Positions 52,623 through 62,988 of a DNA stretch of 64,000 bases are shown here, piece by piece (positions within the stretch are counted from its first letter, which is position 1; every line of letters starts with the position of its first letter). The position numbers and the translations under genes were made by a program. The DNA is from Vulcanimicrobiota bacterium (lineage in GTDB: Bacteria; Vulcanimicrobiota; Vulcanimicrobiia; Vulcanimicrobiales; Vulcanimicrobiaceae), in contig CAVOTV010000004.1 in assembly GCA_963699435.1 (NCBI GenBank), positions 25,474 through 89,473 on the forward strand, in the 5' to 3' direction. The notes under the pieces were generated by a model. It made no database searches. It saw only the letters and a list, made by a program, of their open reading frames with translations, and was not told the DNA's origin.

Positions 52623-53758
52623 TCGCCGACCCCGTTCGCTATCGCCGCCATTTCCACGCACATCCGGAGCTCTCGATGGAAGAGCACGCGACGGCAGCAT
52701 TCGTCGAGCGCGAGCTGCGCGCGTTCGGCTACGACGAAATCCGCACGCGCATCGGCGAGACCGGCGTGCTCGCAACGCTTCGCGGCGGCAGGCCCGGCCC
52801 GGTCACGCTGCTGCGTGCCGATATGGATGCGCTGCCCGTCGCCGAGCTCAACGAGGTTCCCTATCGTTCCGGGAACGACGGCGTCATGCACGCGTGCGGA
52901 CACGACGGGCACAGTGCGATTCTGTTGACGGCGGCCAGCGAGCTCTTCGAGCGGCGCGAGGCCGTTGCGGGAACGCTGGTATTCTGTTTTCAACCCGGCG
53001 AGGAAGGGCATTCCGGCAACAAGCTGATGATCGAAGACGGGGCACTCGAAGACCCGCACGTCGACCGAACGTTCGCGCTCCATCTCTACAGCGGCCTCGA
53101 TGCGGGGACGATCGGCGTTCGCGATGGTGCCTTCTTCGCGTCGTCGGATCGTTTCGAGATCGACGTGATCGGCAAAGGCGGGCACGGCGCGATGCCCGAC
53201 GGCGCCGTCGATCCGGTCGTCGGCGCCGCGCAGCTCGTCACGATGCTGCAAACGATCGTGAGCCGCGAGGTCGCGCCGCGTCAGCCGGTCGTCGTAACCG
53301 TCGGCGCGTTTCACGCCGGAACGACCTTCAACGTGATTCCCGATCGCGCGCAGCTGCAGGGAACGGTGCGTGCCTTCGACGAGACCGTACGTGCCGAGCT
53401 CCCGGAGCGGATCGAGCGAGTGCTTCGCGGCCTGACCAGCGCGATGCGACTCGACTACCGCTTCGCGTATCATTTCGTCTACCCGTCGACGGTGAACGAT
53501 CCGGCGATGAATGCGATCGTGCGGGAGGTCGCGCGGGAGACGATCGGATCGGAGAACGTCGTCGACCCGCACGACATCGTAATGTGGGCGGAGGATATGT
53601 CGTTCATGCAGCAGCAGCGCCCGGGTGCGTACTTCTTGGTCGGAGCGCGAGGACCGCAGATCGGTCGCGAGCCGCATCACAGCGCGCGATTCGATATCGA
53701 CGAGTCGGCGCTCGCGGTGGGGGTTCGGATGATGGTCGGGCTGGGCTTGCATGGATAG
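52619..53758 (+). CDS. M20D-family amidohydrolase (N-acyl-L-amino acid amidohydrolase / hippurate hydrolase-like)
   Basis: Intact. ATG 52619 overlaps the upstream stop. It carries YRRHFHAHPELSMEE, LLRADMDALPV, MHACGHDGH, FQPGEEG, GKGGHGAMP and HHSARFDIDE. Confidence 0.85.
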   Translation: MIADPVRYRRHFHAHPELSMEEHATAAFVERELRAFGYDEIRTRIGETGVLATLRGGRPGPVTLLRADMDALPVAELNEVPYRSGNDGVMHACGHDGHSAILLTAASELFERREAVAGTLVFCFQPGEEGHSGNKLMIEDGALEDPHVDRTFALHLYSGLDAGTIGVRDGAFFASSDRFEIDVIGKGGHGAMPDGAVDPVVGAAQLVTMLQTIVSREVAPRQPVVVTVGAFHAGTTFNVIPDRAQLQGTVRAFDETVRAELPERIERVLRGLTSAMRLDYRFAYHFVYPSTVNDPAMNAIVREVARETIGSENVVDPHDIVMWAEDMSFMQQQRPGAYFLVGARGPQIGREPHHSARFDIDESALAVGVRMMVGLGLHG

Positions 53759-54988
53759 CGACGTCCGCCGGTACGTCATCGTCGGCAACGGCTTTGCCGG
53801 CACGACCGCCGCGGAGCAGCTTCGCAAGCACGACCCGGCCTGCGAGATCACGCTCTTCGGCGACGAGCCGTACACGCTCTACAACCGCATCTCCCTTCCG
53901 CCGATGCTGCGCAAACAGATTCCCGAAGCGAAAGTGATGATCCGCAACCTCGCTGGCACGACGAGCATCGGATCGGACTGCATCTGGCGACACGACGTCG
54001 AGCGGATCGTCCCGCAGGAGCAAATCGTCGAAGCCGGCGGCAGGTCGTACCCGTACGACGCGCTGCTGATCGCCACCGGCGGCCGCCCGAATCCCAGCGG
54101 CAAACCCGGCGCCGACGGCGCCGAGAACATCTTTCCCATTTCAATACCTGGACGACACTCGCGCGATCTCCGAACAGATCGACCGCAGCAAAGCGGCGGT
54201 TGCGGTCGGCGGTTCGTTCATCGCCTACGAGCTGGCCGAAGCTTTCGCGTCGCGGGGGCTCGAGACGCACTGGCTGATGCGCGGTCCGCGCGCGCTGCAT
54301 CGCATCATCGACGAGGAGGCCGGCGAGCTGCTGCACGAAGCGGCGGAAGCCGACGGCGTGCACATGCATTACGGCGAAGAAGTCGAGGAGTTCGTTCGCT
54401 CGAACGGCGCGATAACGAAAGTGCGCACGACCAAAGGCATGGAGATCGATGCGGAATGCTACGCATACGGTTTCGGACTCGCGATGAACACCGAGCTTTG
54501 CGAGGGATCGGGTATCGATACCAGCAAGAACGGCATCCTTTGCGACGATCATCTCGAGACGAACGTCAAAGGCATCTATGCGGCCGGCGACGTCGCCGAC
54601 TTCTACGATCCGATTCTCGAAATCCGCTATCGCATGGGAACGTGGAACAACGCCGGCGCTCACGGCAAGGTGGTGGCGCTCAACATGATGGGCGGCAGCG
54701 AGAAATACCACGACGTACCGGAGTACTCGTCGCTGCTCTTCAAGGGGCAGACGATCACGCAGTTCGGTCTTGGGCACCGACCTGCGGCCGGATCTCGATA
54801 TCGCACGGAAGATCGACCGCGAGAAGAAGTGGTATCGCGCGCTCTTCTTTTGGGAGGAGCGGTTGGTCGGCGGCTTGATGCTGGGCAAAGGCAATCGCGC
54901 CGGCAAGCGCAAGTACGTCGAAGCGATCAAATCCAAGCAGCGTTTCCCGAAGCCCGAGTGGCCGGCGATGCTCGACTGGACCGCCTGA
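53751..54988 (+). pseudogene. NAD(P)/FAD-dependent pyridine nucleotide-disulfide oxidoreductase, about 3 frame changes
   Basis: YVIVGNGFAGTTAAEQLR (GxGxxG), YDALLIATGGRP, AVAVGGSFIAYELAEAF (second Rossmann), IYAAGDVADF and the tail ORF 54770..54988, across ORFs 53751.., 54277.. and 54770... Confidence 0.7.
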
Positions 54989-54989
54989 T

Positions 54990-56025
54990 CTACGGCGAGC
55001 CGCGCACCTCGCGCTCGATGCAGGCGGCGAACTCGTCGACGTCCCCTTCGGTAGTGGCCCAGTGCGTCATCCATCGCACCTCCGGCAGCGCCTCGTCGAA
55101 CGTGTAGAAGAAGAACTCGCGCTCGATTCGCTCGATCGCCGCGCGGCCGAGCGTGGCAAAGACGGCGTTGCACTTCACCGGGCGCGTAACGCGCACGCCT
55201 GGAATCGAACGAACCCGCTCGTGAAGGCGTTGCGCCATCGCGTTGGCATGCGACGCATAGCGCGACCAGCGGTCCTCGCTCAGCAGAGCATCGAACTGTG
55301 CGGCGAGGTAGCGCATCTTTGAGGCCAGCTGCATCGACTGCTTCTGAACGAACGGCGCGGCGCCGCCGGCGAGCGCCGGATCGAAGAAACAGATCGCATC
55401 GCCGAGCATCAACCCATTCTTGGTTCCGCCGAACGAGAGCACGTCGATGCCGAGTTCGGCAGACGCGCCGCGCAGCGTGGTGCGCAAGCGTGACGGCGGC
55501 GTTGGCAAGCCGCGCTCCGTCCATGTGCATGACGAGGCCATGCTCGCGCGCAAACTCGGCCAGCGCGCGCACTTCGTCGGGTTCGTAGACGTCGCCGTAC
55601 TCCGTCGCTTGAGAGATCGAGATCGCGCGCGGCTGCGGGAAGTGCACGTCCTGGCCGTGCAGGTACGGCGGCAGGTCGGCAGGGCGCAGCTTGCCGTCAC
55701 GCGTTGCGACCGGGATCACCTTCGATCCGCTGAAGCGTTCGAGCGCCCCGCACTCGTCCGTCTGCAAATGCGCGGTCGCCGGCGCGAGCACCGCCTCCCA
55801 GGGCCGAAGGAACGAGCTTAGCGCCGCGACGTTCGCGCCGGTGCCGTTGAAGGCGAAATAGACAGCGGTCCGTTCGCCGAAGTGCTCGCGAAAGCGCTGC
55901 ACGGCGCGCGCCGTCCAGGCATCCTCGCCATAGCCGACGGCATCGCCGAGATTCGCGTCGAGCAGCGCTCGTACGATCTCCGGCGCTACCGGCGCATTGT
56001 TATCGCTCCCGAATGAACGGCGCAC
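54990..56025 (-). pseudogene. ltaE: Low-specificity L-threonine aldolase (PLP, beta-eliminating lyase family), 1 frame change near 55490
   Basis: GTG 56025: MRRSFGSDNNAPVAPEI, YGEDAWTARAV, VYFAFNGTGANVAALSS, TAHLQTDECGA and HMDGARLANA (N-terminus of track ORF 53848..56025). Then GIDVLSFGGTKNGLMLGDAICFF and QLASKMRYLAAQF (ORF 54990..55700). Confidence 0.85.
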
Positions 56026-56098
56026 CGGAACGCCAATCCCTTCCAGTCTTGCGCCGTTCCTTCAGGAGTCCGATTCCGGAAGGTGTAACCTAACGGCC

Positions 56099-57754
56099 AT
56101 GCCGCAGCGCGACCGCCTCGAAGTCGACGTCCTTTTCGTGGGAGCCGGGCCGGCGAGCCTCGCCGGAGCGATTCGGCTCGGGCAACTGGCCAAAGCAGCC
56201 GGGCGAGCGCTGGAGATCCTGGTGATCGAAAAGGGCGGCGAGATCGGCAACCACGGGATTTCGGGCGCCGTGATGGATCCGCGCGCGCTCGACGAGCTGC
56301 TGCCGGATTGGCGCGCGCAGCGCGCCGGTGGAATCGCCCGTCACTCGCGACGAACTTTGGTTTCTCACCTCGCGCGGCAAAGATCAAGGCGCCGTTCACG
56401 CCGCCGCCGCTGCGCAACGACGGCAAGTACGTCACGTCGCTTCAGAAACTCACCAAGTGGCTGGGCGAAGCGCCGAGGAGGACGGCGCGCAAGTCTTCCC
56501 GGCGTTTCCCGGCCAAGAGCTGCTGTGGGACGGCGAGCGCGTCATCGGCGTGCGCACCGGCGACAAGGGCCTCGATCACAACGGCCAGCCGAAATCCAAC
56601 TACGAGCCCGGCGCCGACATCCTCGCGAAGATCGTCGTGCTTGGCGAAGGACCGCGCGGAACGCTTGCCAAGCAGGCCGCGTCGCGGCTCGGTCTCGACG
56701 AGGGACGCGAGCCGCAAGTCTACGCGGCCGGCGTCAAGGAGCTCTGGCAGCTTCCCGACGATCGCTTCAAAGCCGGCACGGTCATCCACACGCTCGGATA
56801 TCCGCTGCCCGCCGAGACGTTCGGCGGCGGATTCATCTACGGGATGGCGGGCAACGTGCTCGACATCGGCTGCGTGACCGGTCTCGACTACAAGAATCCG
56901 ACGACCGATCCGCACAACGAGCTGCAGCGGATGAAGCAGCATCCGGCGATTCGCGCGATGCTCGACGGCGGCAAGATGATTCGCTACGGCGCCAAAGCGA
57001 TTCCCGAGGGCGGCCTCTTCGCGATGCCGCGCGCGTACGCCGACGGGCTGCTGCTCGTCGGCGACTCGGCGGGCTTTCTCAACGGAATGCGGCTCAAAGG
57101 CATTCATCTCGGCATGAAGTCGGGAATGCTTGCCGCCGAGACGATCTGGGAGGCGCTGCAGGCCGAAGCGTACGATGCCGCGACGCTCGCGTCGTACGAA
57201 CGACGGTTCAAAGACTCGTGGGCGTACGCCGAGATTGCGCACGTCGCGCAACTTCCATCAAGGCTTCCGGAACGGCATGCTCGCCGGGCTTGTCAACGCG
57301 GGGCTCGCGACGTTCACGGGCGGCGCGGGATTCGGCTTCATCGACAAGCTGCGCGGGGAAGCCGGGCTACGAGCGGATGGCCAAGATGGGGTTCGAGCCG
57401 CCCACGAACGCCGCGTGCCGCAATCGATAACGTGCTGACCTTCGACAAGCTCACCGACGTGTACAACAGCGGCACGATGCACGAAGAGAACCAGCCGTGT
57501 CACTTGATCGTCGCCGATACCAACATTTGCCGCGATCGCTGCACGGTCGAATACGGCAACCCGTGCCGGCATTTCTGCCCGGCGGCCGTCTACGAGCCGA
57601 TGTTCGAACGGCCGACGGCCGGTTTGAAGGGCGGCTGCAGATCAACTTCACCAACTGCGTGCACTGCAAGACGTGCGACATCGCCGATCCCTATCAGATC
57701 ATCACGTGGGTGCCGCCGCAAGGCGGCGAAGGCCCCGTCTATCCCGGCATGTAG
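56099..57754 (+). pseudogene. Electron-transfer flavoprotein:ubiquinone oxidoreductase (ETF-QO), about 6 frame changes
   Basis: MPQRDRLEVDVLFVGAGPASLAGAIRL, VIEKGGEIGNHGISGAVMDP, GVRTGDKGLDHNGQPKSNYEPG, GGGFIYGM, LLVGDSAGFLNGMRLKGIHLGMKSG, HEENQPCHL and the 4Fe-4S motif INFTNCVHCKTCDIADPYQIITWVPPQGGEGPVY. Confidence 0.85.
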
Positions 57755-58894
57755 CGGCGACGTCGTCGTCATCGGCGCCGGGCTCATCGGGCTGGCGATT
57801 GCATTCGAACTCGCCGAGCGCGGCGCGACGCGTACGCGTGTACGATCGCGGCGAACCGGCGCGCGCGGCATCGTGGGCCGGCGCGGGCATGCTCGCGCCG
57901 TACACCGAGCGCATCGAAAGCGAAGCATTGCTTGCATTCGTGCGCGTCGTCGCTGCGCGCAGTATCCCGAGTTCGTGCGCCGAGCGCTACGACGCAGGCG
58001 GCGTGGACGCGCACCTGCGGCTCGACGGCGTCGTCTACGCCGCATTCGATGCAGCGGCGCTCGAGGGACTGTGCGAGCACGGCGCCCAACTCGCGCGGCG
58101 CGGCGTCGCCTGCACCATGCTCGACCGCGCGTCCACGCTGCGCGCCGAGCCGTGGCTTGGACCGGCGACCGTCGGCGCGTTGCTCATGGACGGTGAAGGT
58201 CACGTGGACAATCGGCGCCTCGGCCGCGCCCTCGTCGCCGCGTGCCAGGCGCGTGGGGTTCGAATCGAGAGCTCGGCTTCGATCGAGGTCGAGTGCGACG
58301 CGCGCCGCGTGCGCGGCGTGCGTACCGAGCGGGATTCGTGGCGCGCGGGTGCGGTCGTGAACGCTTGCGGCGCGTGGGCGGCGCAGCTGCGCGGCGTGTC
58401 CGTTCGATTGCATCGCCACCGGTGCGAGCCGGTGAAGGGGCAGATGCTGGCCCTCGCCGTGCCTGCGGGTTTCGTGCGTCGCGCAACGTGGGTCCCGGCG
58501 TCTATCTGGTTCCGCGTGAGCGACGGCCGGCTGCTCTTGGGGGCGACGGTGGAGTCGGCGGGATTCGACGAACGCGTGACCGCGCAGGGCATGCGCGAGT
58601 TGCTCGCACGCGGCCTTAAGCGCCGCACCCGCACTGGCCGGTTTCTCGATTACCGAGCAATGGGCCGGGCTGCGGCCGGGAACGCCCGACGGCTTGCCGT
58701 TCATCGGGCCGACGCAGCTCGACGGCTTTTGGCTCGCCACCGGTCACTATCGAAACGGAATTCTGCTCGCGCCGGCGACCGCGCGGTCGATTGCCGATGC
58801 CCTTGGCGGCGGCGATTCTCGCGCGCTGCTGCCGTTTGCGATCGCTCGCCTCGGCACGGAAGAGGCGACGACGGCACGAATGTCCCACGCGTGA
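57750..58894 (+). pseudogene. thiO: Glycine oxidase ThiO (FAD-dependent), about 5 frame changes; start approximate
   Basis: DVVVIGAGLIGLAIAFELAERG, SWAGAGMLAP, GHVDNRRLGRAL, VVNACGAWA, PVKGQML, DGRLLLGATVE and the tail ORF 58694..58894 (GFWLATGHYRNGILLAP). It lies immediately upstream of thiS-thiG. Confidence 0.75.
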
Positions 58895-59091
58895 GAGCGA
58901 CGATCAACGGAGTCCCGCGCGAGCTGCCCGACGCCGCGACGGTAGGCGCCGTCCTGGAACTACTGGGCTCGGCGCGCCAGGGCGTCGCGGTTTCACGCAA
59001 CGACCGCGTCGTGCGGCGCGCCGAGTACGACGTCGAACGGCTGACCGAGGGCGACCGCATCGAGATCATCGAAGCGGTTGCGGGCGGCTAG
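58891..59091 (+). CDS. thiS: Sulfur carrier protein ThiS
   Basis: A 66-aa in-frame tail of ORF 57673..59091 from GTG 58891, which overlaps the thiO stop: VRATINGVPRELPDAATVGAVLELL...GDRIEIIEAVAGG. It has the C-terminal GG. Confidence 0.8.
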   Translation: MRATINGVPRELPDAATVGAVLELLGSARQGVAVSRNDRVVRRAEYDVERLTEGDRIEIIEAVAGG

Positions 59092-59095
59092 CATT

Positions 59096-59881
59096 GTGAC
59101 GGACGTGCTTCGGATCGGCTCGCACGAACTGTCGTCGCGCCTGATCGTGGGGACCGGGAAGTATCCCTCGATGGAGGTCATGCAGCGAGGCGCACGCCGC
59201 GAGCGGTGCGTCGATGGTCACCGTCGCGATCCGGCGCATCAACCTCGACAACGCAGACGGCAAGACGATCCTGGATTTCATCGATCGCAGCCGGTATTCG
59301 ATTCTTCCGAATACCGCGGGCTGTTACAACGCGAAAGACGCGGTGCTTACGGCGCAACTCGCGCGCGAGCTGCTCGAGACCGATCTGATCAAGCTCGAAG
59401 TAATCGGCGACGCGCAGACCCTCCATCCCGACACGCGCGCAACGCTGGCCGCTGCTGAGGAACTGGTCAACGACGGATTTACGGTACTGCCGTACATCGG
59501 CGACGACCCGATTGCATGCAAGCAGCTGGAAGAGCTTGGCTGCGCGGCCGTCATGCCGCTAGCGGCACCGATCGGAAGCGGATTGGGCGTGTGCAATCCG
59601 TATTCGATTCGCATCATCAAAGAGCGCGCCAAGGTGCCGGTCATCGTCGACGCCGGCGTCGGGACGGCCTCGGATGCCGCCATTGCGATGGAGCTCGGCG
59701 TCGACGCGCTCTGATGAATACGGGGATCGCTCGCGCCGTCGATCCGGTGCTGATGGCGAGCGCCATGAAGCACGCCGTCATCGCGGGCCGCCGTGCGTTT
59801 CTCGCCGGACGCATGGAGAAGCGGCTCTACGCCAACGCCTCGAGCCCGATGCAGAATCTCATCTCGACGCAGACGCCTTAG
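59096..59881 (+). pseudogene. thiG: Thiazole synthase ThiG, 2 frame changes (near 59195 and 59712)
   Basis: [19 protein letters not shown] (GTG 59096), ORF 59214..59714 ([10 protein letters not shown]...[15 protein letters not shown]...IKLEVIGD...[14 protein letters not shown]...[25 protein letters not shown]) and ORF tail [16 protein letters not shown]. Confidence 0.85.
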
Positions 59882-61509
59882 TCGACTCGCCAGCTCCAGG
59901 CGTTCCAAAACGTCGAGCCCCCGGGAGACGGCGCAATGCCGTGGACGTACGAGCGGTAGGCATCGGGTATCCGTACTTGCCAGAGCGGAAAAATCGGCAA
60001 GTCGCGGGCGATGGCTCGTTCAACGGCGGCATAATCGGCGCGGCGGCGCCCGCGATCCACGTCGGCGAGCGCGTCGTTGATGGACGCATTGGCGTGCGGA
60101 TCGCACCAGAACGAGTAGTTGAGGCCGCGCGGCGGGAACTGCGCGCAGCTCATCTGCCACGAGTCGTCGGGGTCGTTGCCCAGCACCCACCACGCGTCGT
60201 ACGCAAGCTGGTAGCGGCCCCCCGCGAGGATCCCTCCCGCACTCGCCGGTCCATAGAGGAGGCCGCTCGGGACCTGCTTGATCGAGACATGGATGCCGAC
60301 GCGGCGCAGGTCTTCCTGAAGAATTGCGGCGACGAGCTGCGAGCCGTTGACGATCTGCGGCGCGATCGTCAACGTAACGTCGAACTGCCGTCCGCCGAGA
60401 AGCCGCCGTGCCCCCGCCGGATCGTACGGCATGCGCGGAAGATCCGGATCGTTGGCCCAACCGTTGCTCGGCTGATCCGCGTCGACGATGAGGCCGCTGC
60501 CGTGCGTCGCGGCCGCGATGAGCGTTCGCCGGTCGATCGCCATCGCAATTGCGCGTCGAATGCGCCGGTCGCGCATTACCGGATCGCGGAGATTGAAGCG
60601 CAGCACGTGCAGATCGGCGACCGGCGTCAGCGCGATCGCCACGCCGGGCACGGTGCGAACCAACGGCAGCGCTTGGGGATCGACGTCAAAGAATGCGTCG
60701 ATTTCGCCCGTTCGCAGTTGCTCGACGCGCGTGTTGGGGTCTGCGACGATGCGGTAGACGAGGCGCTGGATCTGCGGGCGGCCGCGCCAGTAGAGCGGAT
60801 TCGCCGCGAGCGTAACGCTGTCGCCGTGACGCCACTCGACGACTCGATATGGTCCCGAACCGACGGGCCGATCGTTGTACGCGTCGCGATTCAGCGACCC
60901 TCGGCCTTCGAGCAGATGTGCGGGCATGATCGCGCCGACGCCTTGCGGGCCGAAGAAGTACTGTACGAAGGGTGAGAACGGGCGGCGCAGCTTTACGACG
61001 ACGGTCTGCGGGTCGGGGGCGCGAATCGCCGCAACATCGTCGTATCCCACGCGCGTTGCGACGTTGTTCCGATCGTCCACGATCGCGCGATAGGAGAAGA
61101 GCACGTCGCGCGCCGTTAGCTCTGGCCCGTCTTGCCACCGAACGCCGCGCCGCAAGTGATAGGTAATGGTGCGTTGATCCGGCGAGATGCCGCCGTCGGC
61201 AATCGTCGGCACCGCCGCGGCGACCTCGGGAATCGTTTGGCCGGCAGCGTCGTTCTCGACCAGATACGACATGTAGAGATGGCTAAAATTTAGCGCGTCG
61301 GCCTCGTTGGAGAACATCGGATTGAGCGAATCCGGCTCGCCTGCCAGACCCGTGAAGATCAGCGACGTGCCGGCAGTGTGGCGCGCGCCGGCGTGCGTGC
61401 AGCCGGCGACGAGGATGGCGATCGCAAAGCAGAGCGCCCGCTTCACGGCTTGCGCGCTTGCGCGAACCAGTGCACCGCGCCGGCAAGCGGGCGTTGCCGA
61501 TGTGCCCAC
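59878..61509 (-). CDS. ABC transporter substrate-binding lipoprotein, family 5 (peptide/nickel, DppA/OppA-like)
   Basis: Intact 543-aa ORF. A more likely start is GTG near 61446 ([16 protein letters not shown] lipobox). It carries [35 protein letters not shown] and [10 protein letters not shown]. Confidence 0.8.
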   Translation of the reverse strand: MGTSATPACRRGALVRASAQAVKRALCFAIAILVAGCTHAGARHTAGTSLIFTGLAGEPDSLNPMFSNEADALNFSHLYMSYLVENDAAGQTIPEVAAAVPTIADGGISPDQRTITYHLRRGVRWQDGPELTARDVLFSYRAIVDDRNNVATRVGYDDVAAIRAPDPQTVVVKLRRPFSPFVQYFFGPQGVGAIMPAHLLEGRGSLNRDAYNDRPVGSGPYRVVEWRHGDSVTLAANPLYWRGRPQIQRLVYRIVADPNTRVEQLRTGEIDAFFDVDPQALPLVRTVPGVAIALTPVADLHVLRFNLRDPVMRDRRIRRAIAMAIDRRTLIAAATHGSGLIVDADQPSNGWANDPDLPRMPYDPAGARRLLGGRQFDVTLTIAPQIVNGSQLVAAILQEDLRRVGIHVSIKQVPSGLLYGPASAGGILAGGRYQLAYDAWWVLGNDPDDSWQMSCAQFPPRGLNYSFWCDPHANASINDALADVDRGRRRADYAAVERAIARDLPIFPLWQVRIPDAYRSYVHGIAPSPGGSTFWNAWSWRVD

Positions 61510-62006
61510 GAACCGGCGATGGCGTCGACGCCGTATTCGTCGAGCGACTCGATCAGGAAGTGCTCTCCCAAGAGCGCGCGAATTCGGGCGTCGTCGAAAT
61601 AGGTGTGGGCGACCCCGCGCTCGTCGCCGTCAACCGGCGCGTAGGTCGCATCGTCGAGCCGCGCGCCGCATCCGAAGCGCTCGTCGCGAGTCGAACCGAA
61701 CGTCGCATAGAGCAATCCTCCGGGCTCGAGGCGATCGCCGATCGCGCGCACCCGCGCGGCGATCGCAGCGGAGGTTCCGTGCAGCAAGCCGTGCGTCGTG
61801 AGGGCCGCGCTCAGAGGATCGGCGATGCCGGCCAACGGCGAGGGCGATGCGGCGACGTCGTCCGAGATGCTGATGACGGAGAAGCCGGCGCGCCGCAGCG
61901 CTTCACCGTTGCGGCCGCTCCCGGCCGCAAAATCGAGGATTGGGTTCGGCGGCGGCGACGGCAGGCGTTCGATAAGCCGTTGCGTTAATGGGTGGATCGA
62001 AGACAC
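61443..62006 (-). CDS. Class I SAM-dependent methyltransferase
   Basis: Intact 187-aa ORF with motif I ILDFAAGSGRNGEAL and post-I/II pattern LEPGGLLY. The substrate is unknown. Confidence 0.65.
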   Translation of the reverse strand: MSSIHPLTQRLIERLPSPPPNPILDFAAGSGRNGEALRRAGFSVISISDDVAASPSPLAGIADPLSAALTTHGLLHGTSAAIAARVRAIGDRLEPGGLLYATFGSTRDERFGCGARLDDATYAPVDGDERGVAHTYFDDARIRALLGEHFLIESLDEYGVDAIAGSWAHRQRPLAGAVHWFAQARKP

Positions 62007-62034
62007 ATATCACACTTCGTGAAAGGGCGAACGA

Positions 62035-62451
62035 ATGCTTGGTGAAGGCGACCGGCTTCCGGCCGTAACGCTGCTCGACGATCGAGGCGAACCGGTAACG
62101 ACCACGGACCTTTTAGGCGGACCGCTCGTGCTCTATTTCTATCCGAAGGACGACACGCCGGGCTGCACGAGCGAGGCGTCGCAGTTTCGCGACGTTTACG
62201 CGCAGTTTGAAGCGAAGAACGCGCGCATCGTCGGCGTCAGCCGTGACTCCGCCGAGTCGCACCAGCGGTTCAAAACGAAATACTCGATTCCGTTCCCGTT
62301 GCTCGCGGACACCGAGTCGAAGCTGTATCAAGCCCTCGGCGTGAACTCGCGCGCGACGTTTCTCATCGATGGAGCGGGGACGATCGTCAAGGTGTGGCCG
62401 AAGGTCAACGTTAACGACCACGCCGAGGACGTGTTGGGATCCTTGCCTTAG
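62035..62451 (+). CDS. bcp: Thiol peroxidase Bcp (peroxiredoxin)
   Basis: Intact 138-aa ORF with LVLYFYPKDDTPGCTSEA and VGVSRDS..SHQRFKTKY.IPFPLLAD. Confidence 0.9.
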   Translation: MLGEGDRLPAVTLLDDRGEPVTTTDLLGGPLVLYFYPKDDTPGCTSEASQFRDVYAQFEAKNARIVGVSRDSAESHQRFKTKYSIPFPLLADTESKLYQALGVNSRATFLIDGAGTIVKVWPKVNVNDHAEDVLGSLP

Positions 62452-62457
62452 CGGCGC

Positions 62458-62988
62458 TTAGTTCCGCGTTTGGGGGTCGTCCGACGGGAGCGAGAACTGG
62501 ATCAGAGCTCGCACGGGCGAGAGGCCGCGGCTGATCACCGCGTACGGCGTCACGTTCAGGCCGAGCTCGCGCAACCGCGAGGCCGCGGTGAGCAGGTCGC
62601 GGCCGTTCGTGACGACGTCCTCCAGCAGCAGCGCGTGCCGCCCCGCGTCGTAGGGGCCCTCGACGTACTCGTTGGCAAATGCGCCGTACGCCTTGGGCTT
62701 CTTGCGCACCGCGATGATCGGGAGGCCGCACATCTGCGAGACTGCGGTTGCGATGACGACGCCGCCGAGCTCGGTGCCTGCTATGAGGTCCGGATTGAGC
62801 TCGGTAATGACCGGCGTAAAGAGGCGCGCGATTCGCCGCAGGACGTGCGGATCGGAAAAGAGCCGGAACTTATCGATGTAGTAGTCGCTGCGCGCGCCGC
62901 CCGCCAGCACGTAATCGCCGCGCGTGAGCGCGCGTTCGACGATTATCTTGCGCAGCCAGGTCAGCTCGCCGAATCCTAGATGGTCCAT
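62458..62988 (-). CDS. pyrE: Orotate phosphoribosyltransferase
   Basis: C-terminal 176 aa of track ORF 62458..63186 from ATG 62988. It carries GDYVLAGGARSDYYIDK, AGTELGGVVIA and the PRPP loop ALLLEDVVTNGRD. Confidence 0.85.
   Translation of the reverse strand: MDHLGFGELTWLRKIIVERALTRGDYVLAGGARSDYYIDKFRLFSDPHVLRRIARLFTPVITELNPDLIAGTELGGVVIATAVSQMCGLPIIAVRKKPKAYGAFANEYVEGPYDAGRHALLLEDVVTNGRDLLTAASRLRELGLNVTPYAVISRGLSPVRALIQFSLPSDDPQTRN

Noticed and set aside
53848-56025. A 725-aa minus-strand ORF, plus other very long ORFs antisense to recognised genes (52613..53875, 22643..23794, 35266..36404, 35891..37144, 998..1657, 11498..12874).
   Set aside because: Only the first ~180 aa of 53848..56025 are real (threonine aldolase). 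The remainder, and the other listed ORFs, are Arg/Ala/Pro-rich low-complexity translations lying opposite or out of frame to genes with clear family motifs. These are typical stop-codon-poor shadow ORFs of GC-rich DNA.
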